64,000 nt of DNA. Source: Eledone cirrhosa. Its lineage: Eukaryota. Below, piece after piece: positions 27,701 to 44,100 of this stretch (position 1 is its first letter; every line of letters begins with the position of its first letter). Location: NCBI GenBank assembly GCA_964016885.1, contig OZ024741.1, positions 32,426,001-32,490,000 of the forward strand. The letters run 5' to 3'. Made by a program: the position numbers and the translations under genes. The notes beneath the pieces were generated by a model. It was not told the origin of the DNA and made no database searches. It was given only the letters and a program-made list of their open reading frames with translations.

Positions 27701-30700
27701 TACAACATGGCTGTATAATATTTGTATTTATTCCAGACGTAATAAGCCTACATATCTAAGTTGTTATACAACATGGCTGTATAATATTTGTATTTATTCC
27801 AGATGTAATAAGCCTACATATCTCAGATGTTATACAACATGGCTGTATAATATTTTTATTTATTCCAGATGTAATAACCCTACATTTCCCAGTTGTTATA
27901 CAGCATGGCTGTATAATATTTGTATTTATTCCAGATGTAATAAGCCTACATATCTCAGTTGTTATACAACATGGCTGTATAATATTTGTATTTATTTCAG
28001 ATGTAATAAGCCTACATATCTCAGATGTTATACAACATGGCTGTACACTATTTGTATTTATTCCAGATGTAATAAGCCTACATATCTCAGATGTTATACA
28101 ACATGGCTGTATAATATTTGTATTTATTCCAGATGTAATAAGCCTACATATCTCAGATGTTATACAACATGGCTGTATAATATTTGTATTTATTCCAGAT
28201 GTAATAAGCCTACATATCTCAGGTTTTATACAAAATGGCTGTATAATATTTGTATTTATTGCAGATGTAATAAGCCTACATATCTCAGTTGTTATACAAC
28301 ATGTCTGTATAATATTTGTATTTATTCCAGATGTAATAAGCCTACATATCTCAGTTGTTATACAACATGGCTGTATAATATTTGTATTTATTCCAGATGT
28401 AATAAGCCTACATATCTCAGTTGTTATACAACATGTCAGTATAATATTTGTATTTATTCCAGATGTAATAAGCCTACATATCTCAGTTGTTATACAACAT
28501 GGCTGTATAATAGTTGTATTTATTCCAGATGTAATATGCCTACATATCTCAGTTGTTATACAACATGGCTGTATAATATTTGTATTTATTCCAGATGTAA
28601 TAAACCTACATATCTCAGTTGTTATACAACATGTCTGTATAATAGCTGTATTTATTCCAGATGTAATAAGCCTACATATCTCAGTTGTTATACAACATGG
28701 CTGTATAATATTTGTATTTATTCCAGATGTAATATGCCTACATATCTCAGTTGTTATACAACATGGCTGTATAATATTTGTATTTATTCCAGATGTAATA
28801 AGCCTACATATCTCAGTTGTTATGCAACATGGCTGTATAATATTTGTATTTATTCCAGATGTAATAAGCCTACATATCCCAGATGTTATACAACATGGAT
28901 GTATAATATTTGTATTTATTCCAGATATAATAAGGCTACATATCTCAGATGTTATACAACATGGCTGTATAATATTTGTAATTATTCCAGATTTAATAAG
29001 CCTACATTCTCAGTTGTTATACAACATGGCTGTATAATATTTGTATTTATTCCAGATGTAATAAGCCTACATATCTCAGTTGTTATACAACATGGCTGTA
29101 TAATATTTGTATTTATTCCAGATGTAATAAGCCTACATATCTCAGATGTTATACAACATGGCTGTATAATATTTGTATTTATTCCAGATGTAATAAGCCT
29201 ACATATCTCAGTTGTTATACAACATGGCTGTATAATATTTGTATTTATTCCAGATGTAATAAGACTACATATCTCAGATGTTATACAACATGGCTGTATA
29301 ATATTTGTAATTATTCCAGATTTAATAAGCCTACATTCTCAGTTGTTATACAACATGGCTGTATAATATTTGTATTTATTCCAGATGTAATAAGCCTACA
29401 TATCTCAGTTGTTATACAACATGGCTGTATAATATTTGTATTTATTCCAGATGTAATAAGCCTACATATCTCAGATGTTATACAACATGGCTGTATAATA
29501 TTTGTATTTATTCCAGATGTAATAAGCCTACATATCTCAGTTGTTATACAACATGGCTGTATAATATTTGTATTTATTCCAGATGTAATAAGACTACATA
29601 TCTCAGTTGTTATACAACATGGCTGTATAATATTTGTATTTATTCCAGATGTAATAAGCCTACATATCTCAGTTTTTATACAACATGGCTGTATAATATT
29701 TGCATTTATTCCAGATGTAATAAGCCTACATATCTCAGTTGTTATACAACATGGCTGTATAATATTTGTATTTATTCCAGATGTAATAAGCCTACATATC
29801 TCAGATGTTATACAACATGGCTGTATACTATTTGTATTTATTACAGATGTAATAAGCCTACATATCTCAGATGTTATACAACATGGCTGTATAATATTTG
29901 CATTTATTCCAGATGTAATAAGCCTACATATCTCAGATTTTATACGACATGGCTGTATAATATTTGTATTTATTTCAGATGTAATAAGCCTACATATATC
30001 AGTTGTTATACAACATGGCTGTATAATATTTGTATTTATTCCAGATGTAATAAGCCTACATATCTCAGTTGTTATACAACATGGCTGTATAATATTTGTA
30101 TTTATTCCAGATGTAATAAGCCTACATATCTCAGATGTTATACAACATGGCTGTATAATATTTGTATTTATTCCAGATGTAATAAGCCTACATTTCGCAG
30201 TTGTTATACAGCATGGCTGTATAATATTTGTATTTATTGCAGATGTAATAAGCGCACATATCTCAGTTGTTATACAACATGGCTGTATAATATTTGTATT
30301 TATTCCAGATGTAATAAGCCTACATATCTCAGTTGTTATACAACACGGCTGTATAATATTTGTATTTATTCCAGATGTAATAAGCCTACATATCTCAGAT
30401 GTTATACAACATGGCTGTATAATATTTGTATTTATTCCAGATGTAATAAGCCTACATATCTCAGTTGTTATACAACATGGCTGTATAATATTTGTATTTA
30501 TTCCAGATGTAATAAGCCTACATATCTCAGTTGTTATACAACATGGCTGTATAATATTTTTATTTCTTCCAGATATAATAAGCCTACATATCTCAGATGT
30601 TATACAACATGGCTGTATAATATTTGTATTTATTCCAGATTTATTAAGCCTACATATCTCAGTTGTTATACAACTGGCTGTATCATATTTGTATTTATTC

Positions 30701-32100
30701 CAGATGTAATAAGCCTACATATCTCAGTTGTTATACAACATGGCTGTATAATATTTGTATTTATTACAGATGTAATAAGCCTACATATCTCAGTTTTTAT
30801 ACAACATGGCTGTATAATATTTGTATTTATTCCAGATGTAATAAGCCTACATATCTCAGTTGTTATACAACATGGCTGTATAATATTTGTATTTATTCCA
30901 GATGTAATAAGACTACATATCTCAGTTGTTATACAACATGGCTGTATAATATTTGTATGTATTCCAGATGTAATAAGCCTACATATCTCAGTTGTTATAC
31001 AACATGGCTGTATAATATTTGTATTTATTCCAGACGTAATAAGCCTACATATCTAAGTTGTTATACAACATGGCTGTATAATATTTGTATTTATTCCAGA
31101 TGTAATAAGCCTACATATCTCAGATGTTATACAACATGGCTGTATAATATTTTTATTTATTCCAGATGTAATAACCCTACATTTCCCAGTTGTTATACAG
31201 CATGGCTGTATAATATTTGTATTTATTCCAGATGTAATAAGCCTACATATCTCAGTTGTTATACAACATGGCTGTATAATATTTGTATTTATTTCAGATG
31301 TAATAAGCCTACATATCTCAGATGTTATACAACATGGCTGTACACTATTTGTATTTATTCCAGATGTAATAAGCCTACATATCTCAGATGTTATACAACA
31401 TGGCTGTATAATATTTGTATTTATTCCAGATGTAATAAGCCTACATATCTCAGATGTTATACAACATGGCTGTATAATATTTGTATTTATTCCAGATGTA
31501 ATAAGCCTACATATCTCAGGTTTTATACAACATGGCTGTATAATATTTGTATTTATTGCAGATGTAATAAGCCTACATATCTCAGTTGTTATACAACATG
31601 TCTGTATAATATTTGTATTTATTCCAGATGTAATAAGCCTACATATCTCAGTTGTTATACAACATGGCTGTATAATATTTGTATTTATTCCAGATGTAAT
31701 AAGCCTACATATCTCAGTTGTTATACAACATGTCAGTATAATATTTGTATTTATTCCAGATGTAATAAGCCTACATATCTCAGTTGTTATACAACATGGC
31801 TGTATAATAGTTGTATTTATTCCAGATGTAATATGCCTACATATCTCAGTTGTTATACAACATGGCTGTATAATATTTGTATTTATTCCAGATGTAATAA
31901 ACCTACATATCTCAGTTGTTATACAACATGTCTGTATAATAGCTGTATTTATTCCAGATGTAATAAGCCTACATATCTCAGTTGTTATACAACATGGCTG
32001 TATAATATTTGTATTTATTCCAGATGTAATATGCCTACATATCTCAGTTGTTATACAACATGGCTGTATAATATTTGTATTTATTCCAGATGTAATAAGC
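24800..32100. repeat. Array domain B: more diverged segment with 65-bp deletion monomers and a 3,297-bp tandem duplication
   Basis: One-base deletions: TACAT-TCTC at ~26040, ~29008 and ~29337, and CAAC-TGG at ~27378 and ~30675. Offsets 26040->29337 and 27738->31035 (CAGACGT variant) are both 3297 = 50x66-3. Boundaries approximate. Confidence 0.88.
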
Positions 32101-35100
32101 CTACATATCTCAGTTGTTATGCAACATGGCTGTATAATATTTGTATTTATTCCAGATGTAATAAGCCTACATATCTCAGATGTTATACAACATGGCTGTA
32201 TAATATTTGTATTTATTCCAGATGTAATAAGCCTACATATCTCAGATGTTATACAACATGGCTGTATAATATTTGTATTTATTCCATATGTAATAAGCCT
32301 ACATTTCGCAGTTGTTATACAGCATGGCTGTATAATATTTGTATTTATTCAAGATGTAATAAGCCTACATATCTCAATTGTCATACAACATGGCTGTATA
32401 ATATTTGTATTTATTCCAGATGTAATAAGCCTACATATCTCAGTTGTTATACAACATGGCTGTATAATATTTGTATTTATTGCAGATGTAATAAACCTAC
32501 ATATCTCAGATGTTATACAACATGGCTGTAGACTATTTGTATTTATTCCAGATGTAATAAACCTACATACCTCAGATGTTATACAACATGGCTGTATAAT
32601 ATTTGTATTTATTCCAGATGTAATAAGCCTACATATCTCAGATGTTATACAACATGGCTGTATAATATTTGTATTTATTCCAGATCTAATAAGGCTACAT
32701 ATCTCAGATTTTATACAACATGGCTGTATAATATTTGTAGTTATTGCAGTTGTAATAAGCCTACATATCTCAGATGTTATACAACATGGCTGTATACTAT
32801 TTCTATTTATTCCAGATGTAATAAGCCTACATATCTCAGATGTTATACAACATAGCTGTATAATATTTGTATTCATTCCAGATGTAATATGCCTACATAT
32901 CTCAGTTGTTATACAACATGGCTGTATAATATTTGTATTTATTCCAGATGTAATAAATCTACATATCTCAGTTGTTATACAACATGTCTGTATAATATTT
33001 GTATTTATTCCAGATGTAATAAGCCTACATATCTCAGTTGTTATACAACATGGCTGTATAATATTTGTATTTATTCCAGATGTAATAAGCCTACATATCT
33101 CAGTTGTTATACAACATGTCTGTATAATATTTGTATTTATTCCAGATGTAATAAGCCTACATATCTTAGTTGTTATACAACATGGCTGTATAATATTTGT
33201 ATTTATTCCAGATGTAATATGCCTTCATATCTCAGTTGTTATACAACATGGCTGTATAATATTTGTATTTATTCCAGATGTAATAAACCTACATATCTCA
33301 GTTGTTATACAACATGTCTGTATAATATCTGTATTTATTCCAGATGTAATAAGCCTACATATCTCAGTTGTTATACAACATGGCTGTATAATATTTGTAT
33401 TTATTCCAGATGTAATATGCCTACATATCTCAGTTGTTATACAACATGGCTGTATAATATTTGTATTTATTCCAGATGTAATAAGCCTACATATCTCAGT
33501 TGTTATGCAACATGGCTGTATAATATTTGTATTTATTCCAGATGTAATAAGCCTACATATCTCAGATGTTATACAACATGGCTGTATAATATTTGTATTT
33601 ATTCCAGATGTAATAAGCCTACATTTCGCAGTTGTTATACAGCATGGCTGTATAATATTTGTATTTATTCCAGATGTAATAAGCCTACATATCTCAGATG
33701 TTATACAACATGGCTGTATAAGTTTTTGTATTTATTCCATATGTAATAAGCCTACATTTCGCAGTTGTTATACAGCATGGCTGTATAATATTTGTATTTA
33801 TTCAAGATGTAATAAGCCTACATATCTCAAATGTCATACAACATGGCTGTATAATATTTGTATTTATTCCAGATGTAATAAGCCTACATATCTCAGTTGT
33901 TATGCAACATGGCTGTATAATATTTGTATTTATTCCAGATGTAATAAGCCTACATATCTCAGATGTTATACAACATGGCTGTATAATATTTGTATTTATT
34001 CCAGATGTAATAAGCCTACATATCTCAGATGTTATACAACATGGCTGTATAATATTTGTATTTATTCCAGATGTAATATGCCTACATATCTCAGTTGTTA
34101 TACAACATGGCTGTATAATATTTGTATTTATTCCAGATGTAATAAATCTACATATCTCAGTTGTTATACAACATGTCTGTATAATATTTGTATTTATTCC
34201 AGATCTAATAAGGCTACATATCTCAGATTTTATACAACATGGCTGTATAATATTTGTACTTATTGCAGTTGTAATAAGCCTACATATCTCAGATGTTATA
34301 CAACATGGCTGTATACTATTTCTATTTATTCCAGATGTAATAAGCCTACATATCTCAGATGTTATACAACATGGCTGTATAATATTTGTATTTATTCCAG
34401 ATGTAATATGCCTACATATCTCAGTTGTTATACAACATGGCTGTATAATATTTGTATTTATTCCAGATGTAATAAATCTACATATCTCAGTTGTTATACA
34501 ACATGTCTGTATAATATTTGTATTTATTCCAGATGTAATAAGCCTACATATCTCAGTTGTTATACAACATGGCTGTATAATATTTGTATTTATTCCAGAT
34601 GTAATAAGCCTACATATCTCAGTTGTTATACAACATGGCTGTATAATATTTGTATTTATTCCAGATGTAATAAGACTACATATCTCAGTTGTTATACAAC
34701 ATGGCTGTATAATATTTGTATGTATTCCAGATGTAATAAGCCTACATATCTCAGTTGTTATACAACATGGCTGTATAATATTTGTATTTATTCCAGACGT
34801 AATAAGCCTACATATCTAAGTTGTTATACAACATGGCTGTATAATATTTGTATTTATTCCAGATGTAATAAGCCTACATATCTCAGATGTTATACAACAT
34901 GGCTGTATAATATTTTTATTTATTCCAGATGTAATAACCCTACATTTCCCAGTTGTTATACAGCATGGCTGTATAATATTTGTATTTATTCCAGATGTAA
35001 TAAGCCTATAAATCTCAGTTGTTATACAACATGGCTGTATAATATTTGTATTTATTTCAGATGTAATAAGCCTACATATCTCAGATGTTATACAACATGG

Positions 35101-38100
35101 CTGTACACTATTTGTATTTATTCCAGATGTAATAAGCCTACATATCTCAGATGTTATACAACATGGCTGTATAATATTTGTATTTATTCCAGATGTAATA
35201 AGCCTACATATCTCAGATGTTATACAACATGGCTGTATAATATTTGTATTTATTCCAGATGTAATAAGCCTACATATCTCAGGTTTTATACAACATGGCT
35301 GTATAATATTTGTATTTATTGCAGATGTAATAAGCCTACATATCTCAGTTGTTATACAACATGTCTGTATAATATTTGTATTTATTCCAGATGTAATAAG
35401 CCTACATATCTCAGTTGTTATACAACATGGCTGTATAATATTTGTATTTATTCCAGATGTAATAAGCCTACATATCTCAGTTGTTATACAACATGTCAGT
35501 ATAATATTTGTATTTATTCCAGATGTAATAAGCCTACATATCTCAGTTGTTATACAACATGGCTGTATAATAGTTGTATTTATTCCAGATGTAATATGCC
35601 TACATATCTCAGTTGTTATACAACATGGCTGTTTAATATTTGTATTTATTCCAGATGTAATAAACCTACATATCTCAGTTGTTATACAACATGTCTGTAT
35701 AATAGCTGTATTTATTCCAGATGTAATAAGCCTACATATCTCAGTTGTTATACAACATGGCTGTATAATATTTGTATTTATTCCAGATGTAATATGCCTA
35801 CATATCTCAGTTGTTATACAACATGGCTGTATAATATTTGTATTCATTCCAGATGTAATAAGCCTACATATCTCAGTTGTTATGCAACATGGCTGTATAA
35901 TATTTGTATTTATTCCAGATGTAATAAGCCTACATATCTCAGATGTTATACAACATGGCTGTATAATATTTGTATTTATTCCAGATGTAATAAGCCTACA
36001 TATCTCAGATGTTATACAACATGGCTGTATAATATTTGTATTTATTCCATATGTAATAAGCCTACATTTCGCAGTTGTTATACAGCATGGCTGTATAATA
36101 TTTGTATTTATTCAAGATGTAATAAGCCTACATATCTCAATTGTCATACAACATGGCTGTATAATATTTGTATTTATTCCAGATGTAATAAGCCTACATA
36201 TCTCAGTTGTTATACAACATGGCTGTATAATATTTGTATTTATTGCAGATGTAATAAACCTACATATCTCAGATGTTATACAACATGGCTGTAGACTATT
36301 TGTATTTATTCCAGATGTAATAAACCTACATACCTCAGATGTTATACAACATGGCTGTATAATATTTGTATTTATTCCAGATGTAATAAGCCTACATATC
36401 TCAGATGTTATACAACATGGCTGTATAATATTTGTATTTATTCCAGATCTAATAAGGCTACATATCTCAGATTTTATACAACATGGCTGTATAATATTTG
36501 TACTTATTGCAGTTGTAATAAGCCTACATATCTCAGATGTTATACAACATGGCTGTATACTATTTCTATTTATTCCAGATGTAATAAGCCTACATATCTC
36601 AGATGTTATACAACATGGCTGTATAATATTTGTATTTATTCCAGATGTAATATGCCTACATATCTCAGTTGTTATACAACATGGCTGTATAATATTTGTA
36701 TTTATTCCAGATGTAATAAATCTACATATCTCAGTTGTTATACAACATGTCTGTATAATATTTGTATTTATTCCAGATGTAATAAGCCTACATATCTCAG
36801 TTGTTATACAACATGGCTGTATAATATTTGTATTTATTCCAGATGTAATAAGCCTACATATCTCAGTTGTTATACAACATGTCTGTATAATATTTGTATT
36901 TATTCCAGATGTAATAAGCCTACATATCTTAGTTGTTATACAACATGGCTGTATAATATTTGTATTTATTCCAGATGTAATATGCCTTCATATCTCAGTT
37001 GTTATACAACATGGCTGTATAATATTTGTATTTATTCCAGATGTAATAAACCTACATATCTCAGTTGTTATACAACATGTCTGTATAATATCTGTATTTA
37101 TTCCAGATGTAATAAGCCTACATATCTCAGTTGTTATACAACATGGCTGTATAATATTTGTATTTATTCCAGATGTAATATGCCTACATATCTCAGTTGT
37201 TATACAACATGGCTGTATAATATTTGTAATTATTCCAGATGTAATAAGCCTACATTTCGCAGTTGTTATACAGCATGGCTGTATAATATTTGTATTTATT
37301 CCAGATGTAATAAGCCTACATATCTCAGATGTTATACAACATGGCTGTATAAGTTTTTGTATTTATTCCATATGTAATAAGCCTACATTTCGCAGTTGTT
37401 ATACAGCATGGCTGTATAATATTTGTATTTATTCAAGATGTAATAAGCCTACATATCTCAAATGTCATACAACATGGCTGTATAATATTTGTATTTATTC
37501 CAGATGTAATAAGCCTACATATCTCAGTTGTTATGCAACATGGCTGTATAATATTTGTATTTATTCCAGATGTAATAAGCCTACATATCTCAGATGTTAT
37601 ACAACATGGCTGTATAATATTTGTATTTATTCCAGATGTAATAAGCCTACATATCTCAGATATTATACAACATGGCTGTATAATATTTGTATTTATTCCA
37701 TATGTAATAAGCCTACATTTCGCAGTTGTTATGCAACATGGCTGTATAATATTTGTATTTATTGCAGATGTAATAAACCTACATATCTCAGATGTTATAC
37801 AACATGGCTGTAGACTATTTGTATTTATTCCAGATGTAATAAACCTACATACCTCAGATGTTATACAACATGGCTGTATAATATTTGTATTTATTCCAGA
37901 TGTAATAAGCCTACATATCTCAGATGTTATACAACATGGCTGTATAATATTTGTATTTATTCCAGATGTAATATGCCTACATATCTCAGTTGTTATACAA
38001 CATGGCTGTATAATATTTGTATTTATTCCAGATGTAATAAATCTACATATCTCAGTTGTTATACAACATGTCTGTATAATATTTGTATTTATTCCAGATC

Positions 38101-41100
38101 TAATAAGGCTACATATCTCAGATGTTATACAACATGGCTGTATAATATTTGTACTTATTGCAGTTGTAATAAGCCTACATATCTCAGATGTTATACAACA
38201 TGGCTGTATACTATTTCTATTTATTCCAGATGTAATAAGCCTACATATCTCAGATGTTATACAACATGGCTGTATAATATTTGTATTTATTCCAGATGTA
38301 ATATGCCTACATATCTCAGTTGTTATACAACATGGCTGTATAATATTTGTATTTATTCCAGATGTAATAAATCTACATATCTCAGTTGTTATACAACATG
38401 TCTGTATAATATTTGTATTTATTCCAGATGTAATAAGCCTACATATCTCAGTTGTTATACAACATGGCTGTATAATATTTGTATTTATTCCAGATGTAAT
38501 ATGCCTACACATCTCAGTTTTTATACAACATGGCTGTATAATATTTGTATTTATTGCAGATGTAATAAGCCTACATATCTCAGTTGTTATACAACATGTC
38601 TGTATAATATTTGTATTTATTCCAGATGTAATAAGCCTACATATCTCAGTTGTTATACAACATGGCTGTATAATATTTGTATTTATTCCAGATGTAATAA
38701 GCCTACATATCTCAGTTGTTATACAACATGTCTGTATAATATTTGTATTTATTCCAGATGTAATAAGCCTACATATCTTAGTTGTTATACAACATGGCTG
38801 TATAATATTTGTATTTATTCCAGATGTAATATGCCTTCATATCTCAGTTGTTATACAACATGGCTGTATAATATTTGTATTTATTCCAGATGTAATAAAC
38901 CTACATATCTCAGTTGTTATACAACATGTCTGTATAATATCTGTATTTATTCCAGATGTAATAAGCCTACATATCTCAGTTGTTATACAACATGGCTGTA
39001 TAATATTTGTATTTATTCCAGATGTAATATGCCTACATATCTCAGTTGTTATACAACATGGCTGTATAATATTTGTATTTATTCCAGATGTAATAAGCCT
39101 ACATATCTCAGTTGTTATGCAACATGGCTGTATAATATTTGTATTTATTCCAGATGTAATAAGCCTACATATCTCAGATGTTATACAACATGGCTGTATA
39201 ATATTTGTATTTATTCCAGATGTAATAAGCCTACATTTCGCAGTTGTTATACAGCATGGCTGTATAATATTTGTATTTATTCCAGATGTAATAAGCCTAC
39301 ATATCTCAGATGTTATACAACATGGCTGTATAAGTTTTTGTATTTATTCCATATGTAATAAGCCTACATTTCGCAGTTGTTATACAGCATGGCTGTATAA
39401 TATTTGTATTTATTCCAGATGTAATAAGCCTACATATCTCAAATGTCATACAACATGGCTGTATAATATTTGTATTTATTCCAGATGTAATAAGCCTACA
39501 TATCTCAGTTGTTATGCAACATGGCTGTATAATATTTGTATTTATTCCAGATGTAATAAGCCTAGATATCTCAGATGTTATACAACATGGCTGTATAATA
39601 TTTGTATTTATTCCAGATGTAATAAGCCTACATATCTCAGATGTTATACAACATGGCTGTATAATATTTGTATTTATTCCATATGTAATAAGCCTACATT
39701 TCGCAGTTGTTATACAGCATGGCTGTATAATATTTGTATTTATTCAAGATGTAATAAGCCTACATATCTCAATTGTCATACAACATGGCTGTATAATATT
39801 TGTATTTATTCCAGATGTAATAAGCCTACATATCTCAGTTGTTATACAACATGGCTGTATAATATTTGTATTTATTGCAGATGTAATAAACCTACATATC
39901 TCAGATGTTATACAACATGGCTGTAGACTATTTGTATTTATTCCAGATGTAATAAACCTACATATCTCAGATGTTATACAACATGGCTGTATAATATTTG
40001 TATTTATTCCAGATGTAATAAGCCTACATATCTCAGATGTTATACAACATGGCTGTATAATATTTGTATTTATTCCAGATCTAATAAGGCTACATATCTC
40101 AGATTTTATACAACATGGCTGTATAATATTTGTACTTATTGCAGTTGTAATAAGCCTACATATCTCAGATGTTATACAACATGGCTGTATACTATTTCTA
40201 TTTATTCCAGATGTAATAAGCCTACATATCTCAGATGTTATACAACATGGCTGTATAATATTTGTATTTATTCCAGATGTAATATGCCTACATATCTCAG
40301 TTGTTATACAACATGGCTGTATAATATTTGTATTTATTCCAGATGTAATAAATCTACATATCTCAGTTGTTATACAACATGTCTGTATAATATTTGTATT
40401 TATTCCAGATGTAATAAGCCTACATATCTCAGTTGTTATACAACATGGCTGTATAATATTTGTATTTATTCCAGATGTAATATGCCTACACATCTCAGTT
40501 TTTATACAACATGGCTGTATAATATTTGTATTTATTGCAGATGTAATAAGCCTACATATCTCAGTTGTTATACAACATGTCTGTATAATATTTGTATTTA
40601 TTCCAGATGTAATAAGCCTACATATCTCAGTTGTTATACAACATGGCTGTATAATATTTGTATTTATTCCAGATGTAATAAGCCTACATATCTCAGTTGT
40701 TATACAACATGTCTGTATAATATTTGTATTTATTCCAGATGTAATAAGCCTACATATCTTAGTTGTTATACAACATGGCTGTATAATATTTGTATTTATT
40801 CCAGATGTAATATGCCTTCATATCTCAGTTGTTATACAACATGGCTGTATAATATTTGTATTTATTCCAGATGTAATAAACCTACATATCTCAGTTGTTA
40901 TACAACATGTCTGTATAATATCTGTATTTATTCCAGATGTAATAAGCCTACATATCTCAGTTGTTATACAACATGGCTGTATAATATTTGTATTTATTCC
41001 AGATGTAATATGCCTACATATCTCAGTTGTTATACAAAATGGCTGTATAATATTTGTATTTATTCCAGATGTAATAAGCTTACATATCTCAGTTGTTATG

Positions 41101-44100
41101 CAACATGGCTGTATAATATTTGTATTTATTCCAGATGTAATAAGCCTACATATCTCAGATGTTATACAACATGGCTGTATAATATTTGTATTTATTCCAT
41201 ATGTAATAAGCCTACATTTCGCAGTTGTTATACAGCATGGCTGTATAATATTTGTATTTATTCAAGATGTAATAAGCCTACATATCTCAATTGTCATACA
41301 ACATGGCTGTATAATATTTGTATTTATTCCAGATGTAATAAGCCTACATATCTCAGTTGTTATACAACATGGCTGTATAATATTTGTATTTATTCCAGAT
41401 GTAATAAGCCTACATATCTCAGTTGTTATACAACATGGCTGTATAATATTTGTATTTATTCCAGATGTAATAAGCCTACATATCTCAGTTGTTATACAAC
41501 ATGGCTGTATAATATTTGTATTTATTGCAGATGTAATAAACCTACATATCTCAGATGTTATACAACATGGCTGTAGACTATTTGTATTTATTCCAGATGT
41601 AATAAACCTACATATCTCAGATGTTATACAACATGGCTGTATAATATTTGTATTTATTCCAGATGTAATAAGCCTACATATCTCAGTTGTTATGCAACAT
41701 GGCTGTATAATATTTGTATTTATTCCAGATGTAATAAGCCTACATTTCGCAGTTGTTATACAGCATGGCTGTATAATATTTGTATTTATTCCAGATGTAA
41801 TAAACCTACATATCTCAGATGTTATACAACATGGCTGTATAATATTTGTACTTATTGCAGTTGTAATAAGCCTACATATCTCAGATGTTATACAACATGG
41901 CTGTATACTATTTCTATTTATTCCAGATGTAATAAGCCTACATATCTCAGATGTTATACAACATGGCTGTATAATATTTGTATTTATTCCAGATGTAATA
42001 TGCCTACATATCTCAGTTGTTATACAACATGGCTGTATAATATTTGTATTTATTCCAGATGTAATAAATCTACATATCTCAGTTGTTATACAACATGTCT
42101 GTATAATATTTGTATTTATTCCAGATGTAATAAGCCTACATATCTCAGTTGTTATACAACATGGCTGTATAATATTTGTATTTATTCCAGATGTAATATG
42201 CCTACACATCTCAGTTTTTATACAACATGGCTGTATAATATTTGTATTTATTGCAGATGTAATAAGCCTACATATCTCAGTTGTTATACAACATGTCTGT
42301 ATAATATTTGTATTTATTCCAGATGTAATAAGCCTACATATCTCAGTTGTTATACAACATGGCTGTATAATATTTGTATTTATTCCAGATGTAATAAGCC
42401 TACATATCTCAGTTGTTATACAACATGTCTGTATAATATTTGTATTTATTCCAGATGTAATAAGCCTACATATCTTAGTTGTTATACAACATGGCTGTAT
42501 AATATTTGTATTTATTCCAGATGTAATATGCCTTCATATCTCAGTTGTTATACAACATGGCTGTATAATATTTGTACTTATTGCAGTTGTAATAAGCCTA
42601 CATATCTCAGATGTTATACAACATGGCTGTATACTATTTCTATTTATTCCAGATGTAATAAGCCTACATATCTCAGATGTTATACAACATGGCTGTATAA
42701 TATTTGTATTTATTCCAGATGTAATATGCCTACATATCTCAGTTGTTATACAACATGGCTGTATAATATTTGTATTTATTCCAGATGTAATAAACCTACA
42801 TATCTCAGTTGTTATACAACATGTCTGTATAATATCTGTATTTATTCCAGATGTAATAAGCCTACATATCTCAGTTGTTATACAACATGGCTGTATAATA
42901 TTTGTATTTATTCCAGATGTAATATGCCTACATATCTCAGTTGTTATACAACATGGCTGTATAATATTTGTATTTATTCCAGATGTAATAAGCCTACATA
43001 TCTCAGTTGTTATGCAACATGGCTGTATAATATTTGTATTTATTCCAGATGTAATAAGCCTACATATCTCAGATGTTATACAACATGGCTGTATAATATT
43101 TGTATTTATTCCAGATGTAATAAGCCTACATTTCGCAGTTGTTATACAGCATGGCTGTATAATATTTGTATTTATTCCAGATGTAATAAGCCTACATATC
43201 TCAGATGTTATACAACATGGCTGTATAAGTTTTTGTATATATTCCATATGTAATAAGCCTACATTTCGCAGTTGTTATACAGCATGGCTGTATAATATTT
43301 GTATTTATTCAAGATGTAATAAGCCTACATATCTCAAATGTCATACAACATGGCTGTATAATATTTGTATTTATTCCAGATGTAATAAGCCTACATATCT
43401 CAGTTGTTATGCAACGTGGCTGTATAATATTTGTATTTATTGCAGATGTAATAAACCTACATATCTCAGATGTTATACAACATGGCTGTAGACTATTTGT
43501 ATTTATTCCAGATGTAATAAACCTACATACCTCAGATGTTATACAACATGGCTGTATAATATTTGTATTTATTCCAGATGTAATAAGCCTACATATCTCA
43601 GATGTTATACAACATGGCTGTATAATATTTGTATTTATTCCAGATGTAATATGCCTACATATCTCAGTTGTTATACAACATGGCTGTATAATATTTGTAT
43701 TTATTCCAGATGTAATAAATCTACATATCTCAGTTGTTATACAACATGTCTGTATAATATTTGTATTTATTCCAGATCTAATAAGGCTACATATCTCAGA
43801 TTTTATACAACATGGCTGTATAATATTTGTACTTATTGCAGTTGTAATAAGCCTACATATCTCAGATGTTATACAACATGGCTGTATACTATTTCTATTT
43901 ATTCCAGATGTAATAAGCCTACATATCTCAGATGTTATACAACATGGCTGTATAATATTTGTATTTATTCCAGATGTAATATGCCTACATATCTCAGTTG
44001 TTATACAACATGGCTGTATAATATTTGTATTTATTCCAGATGTAATAAATCTACATATCTCAATTGTTATACAACATGTCTGTATAATATTTGTATTTAT

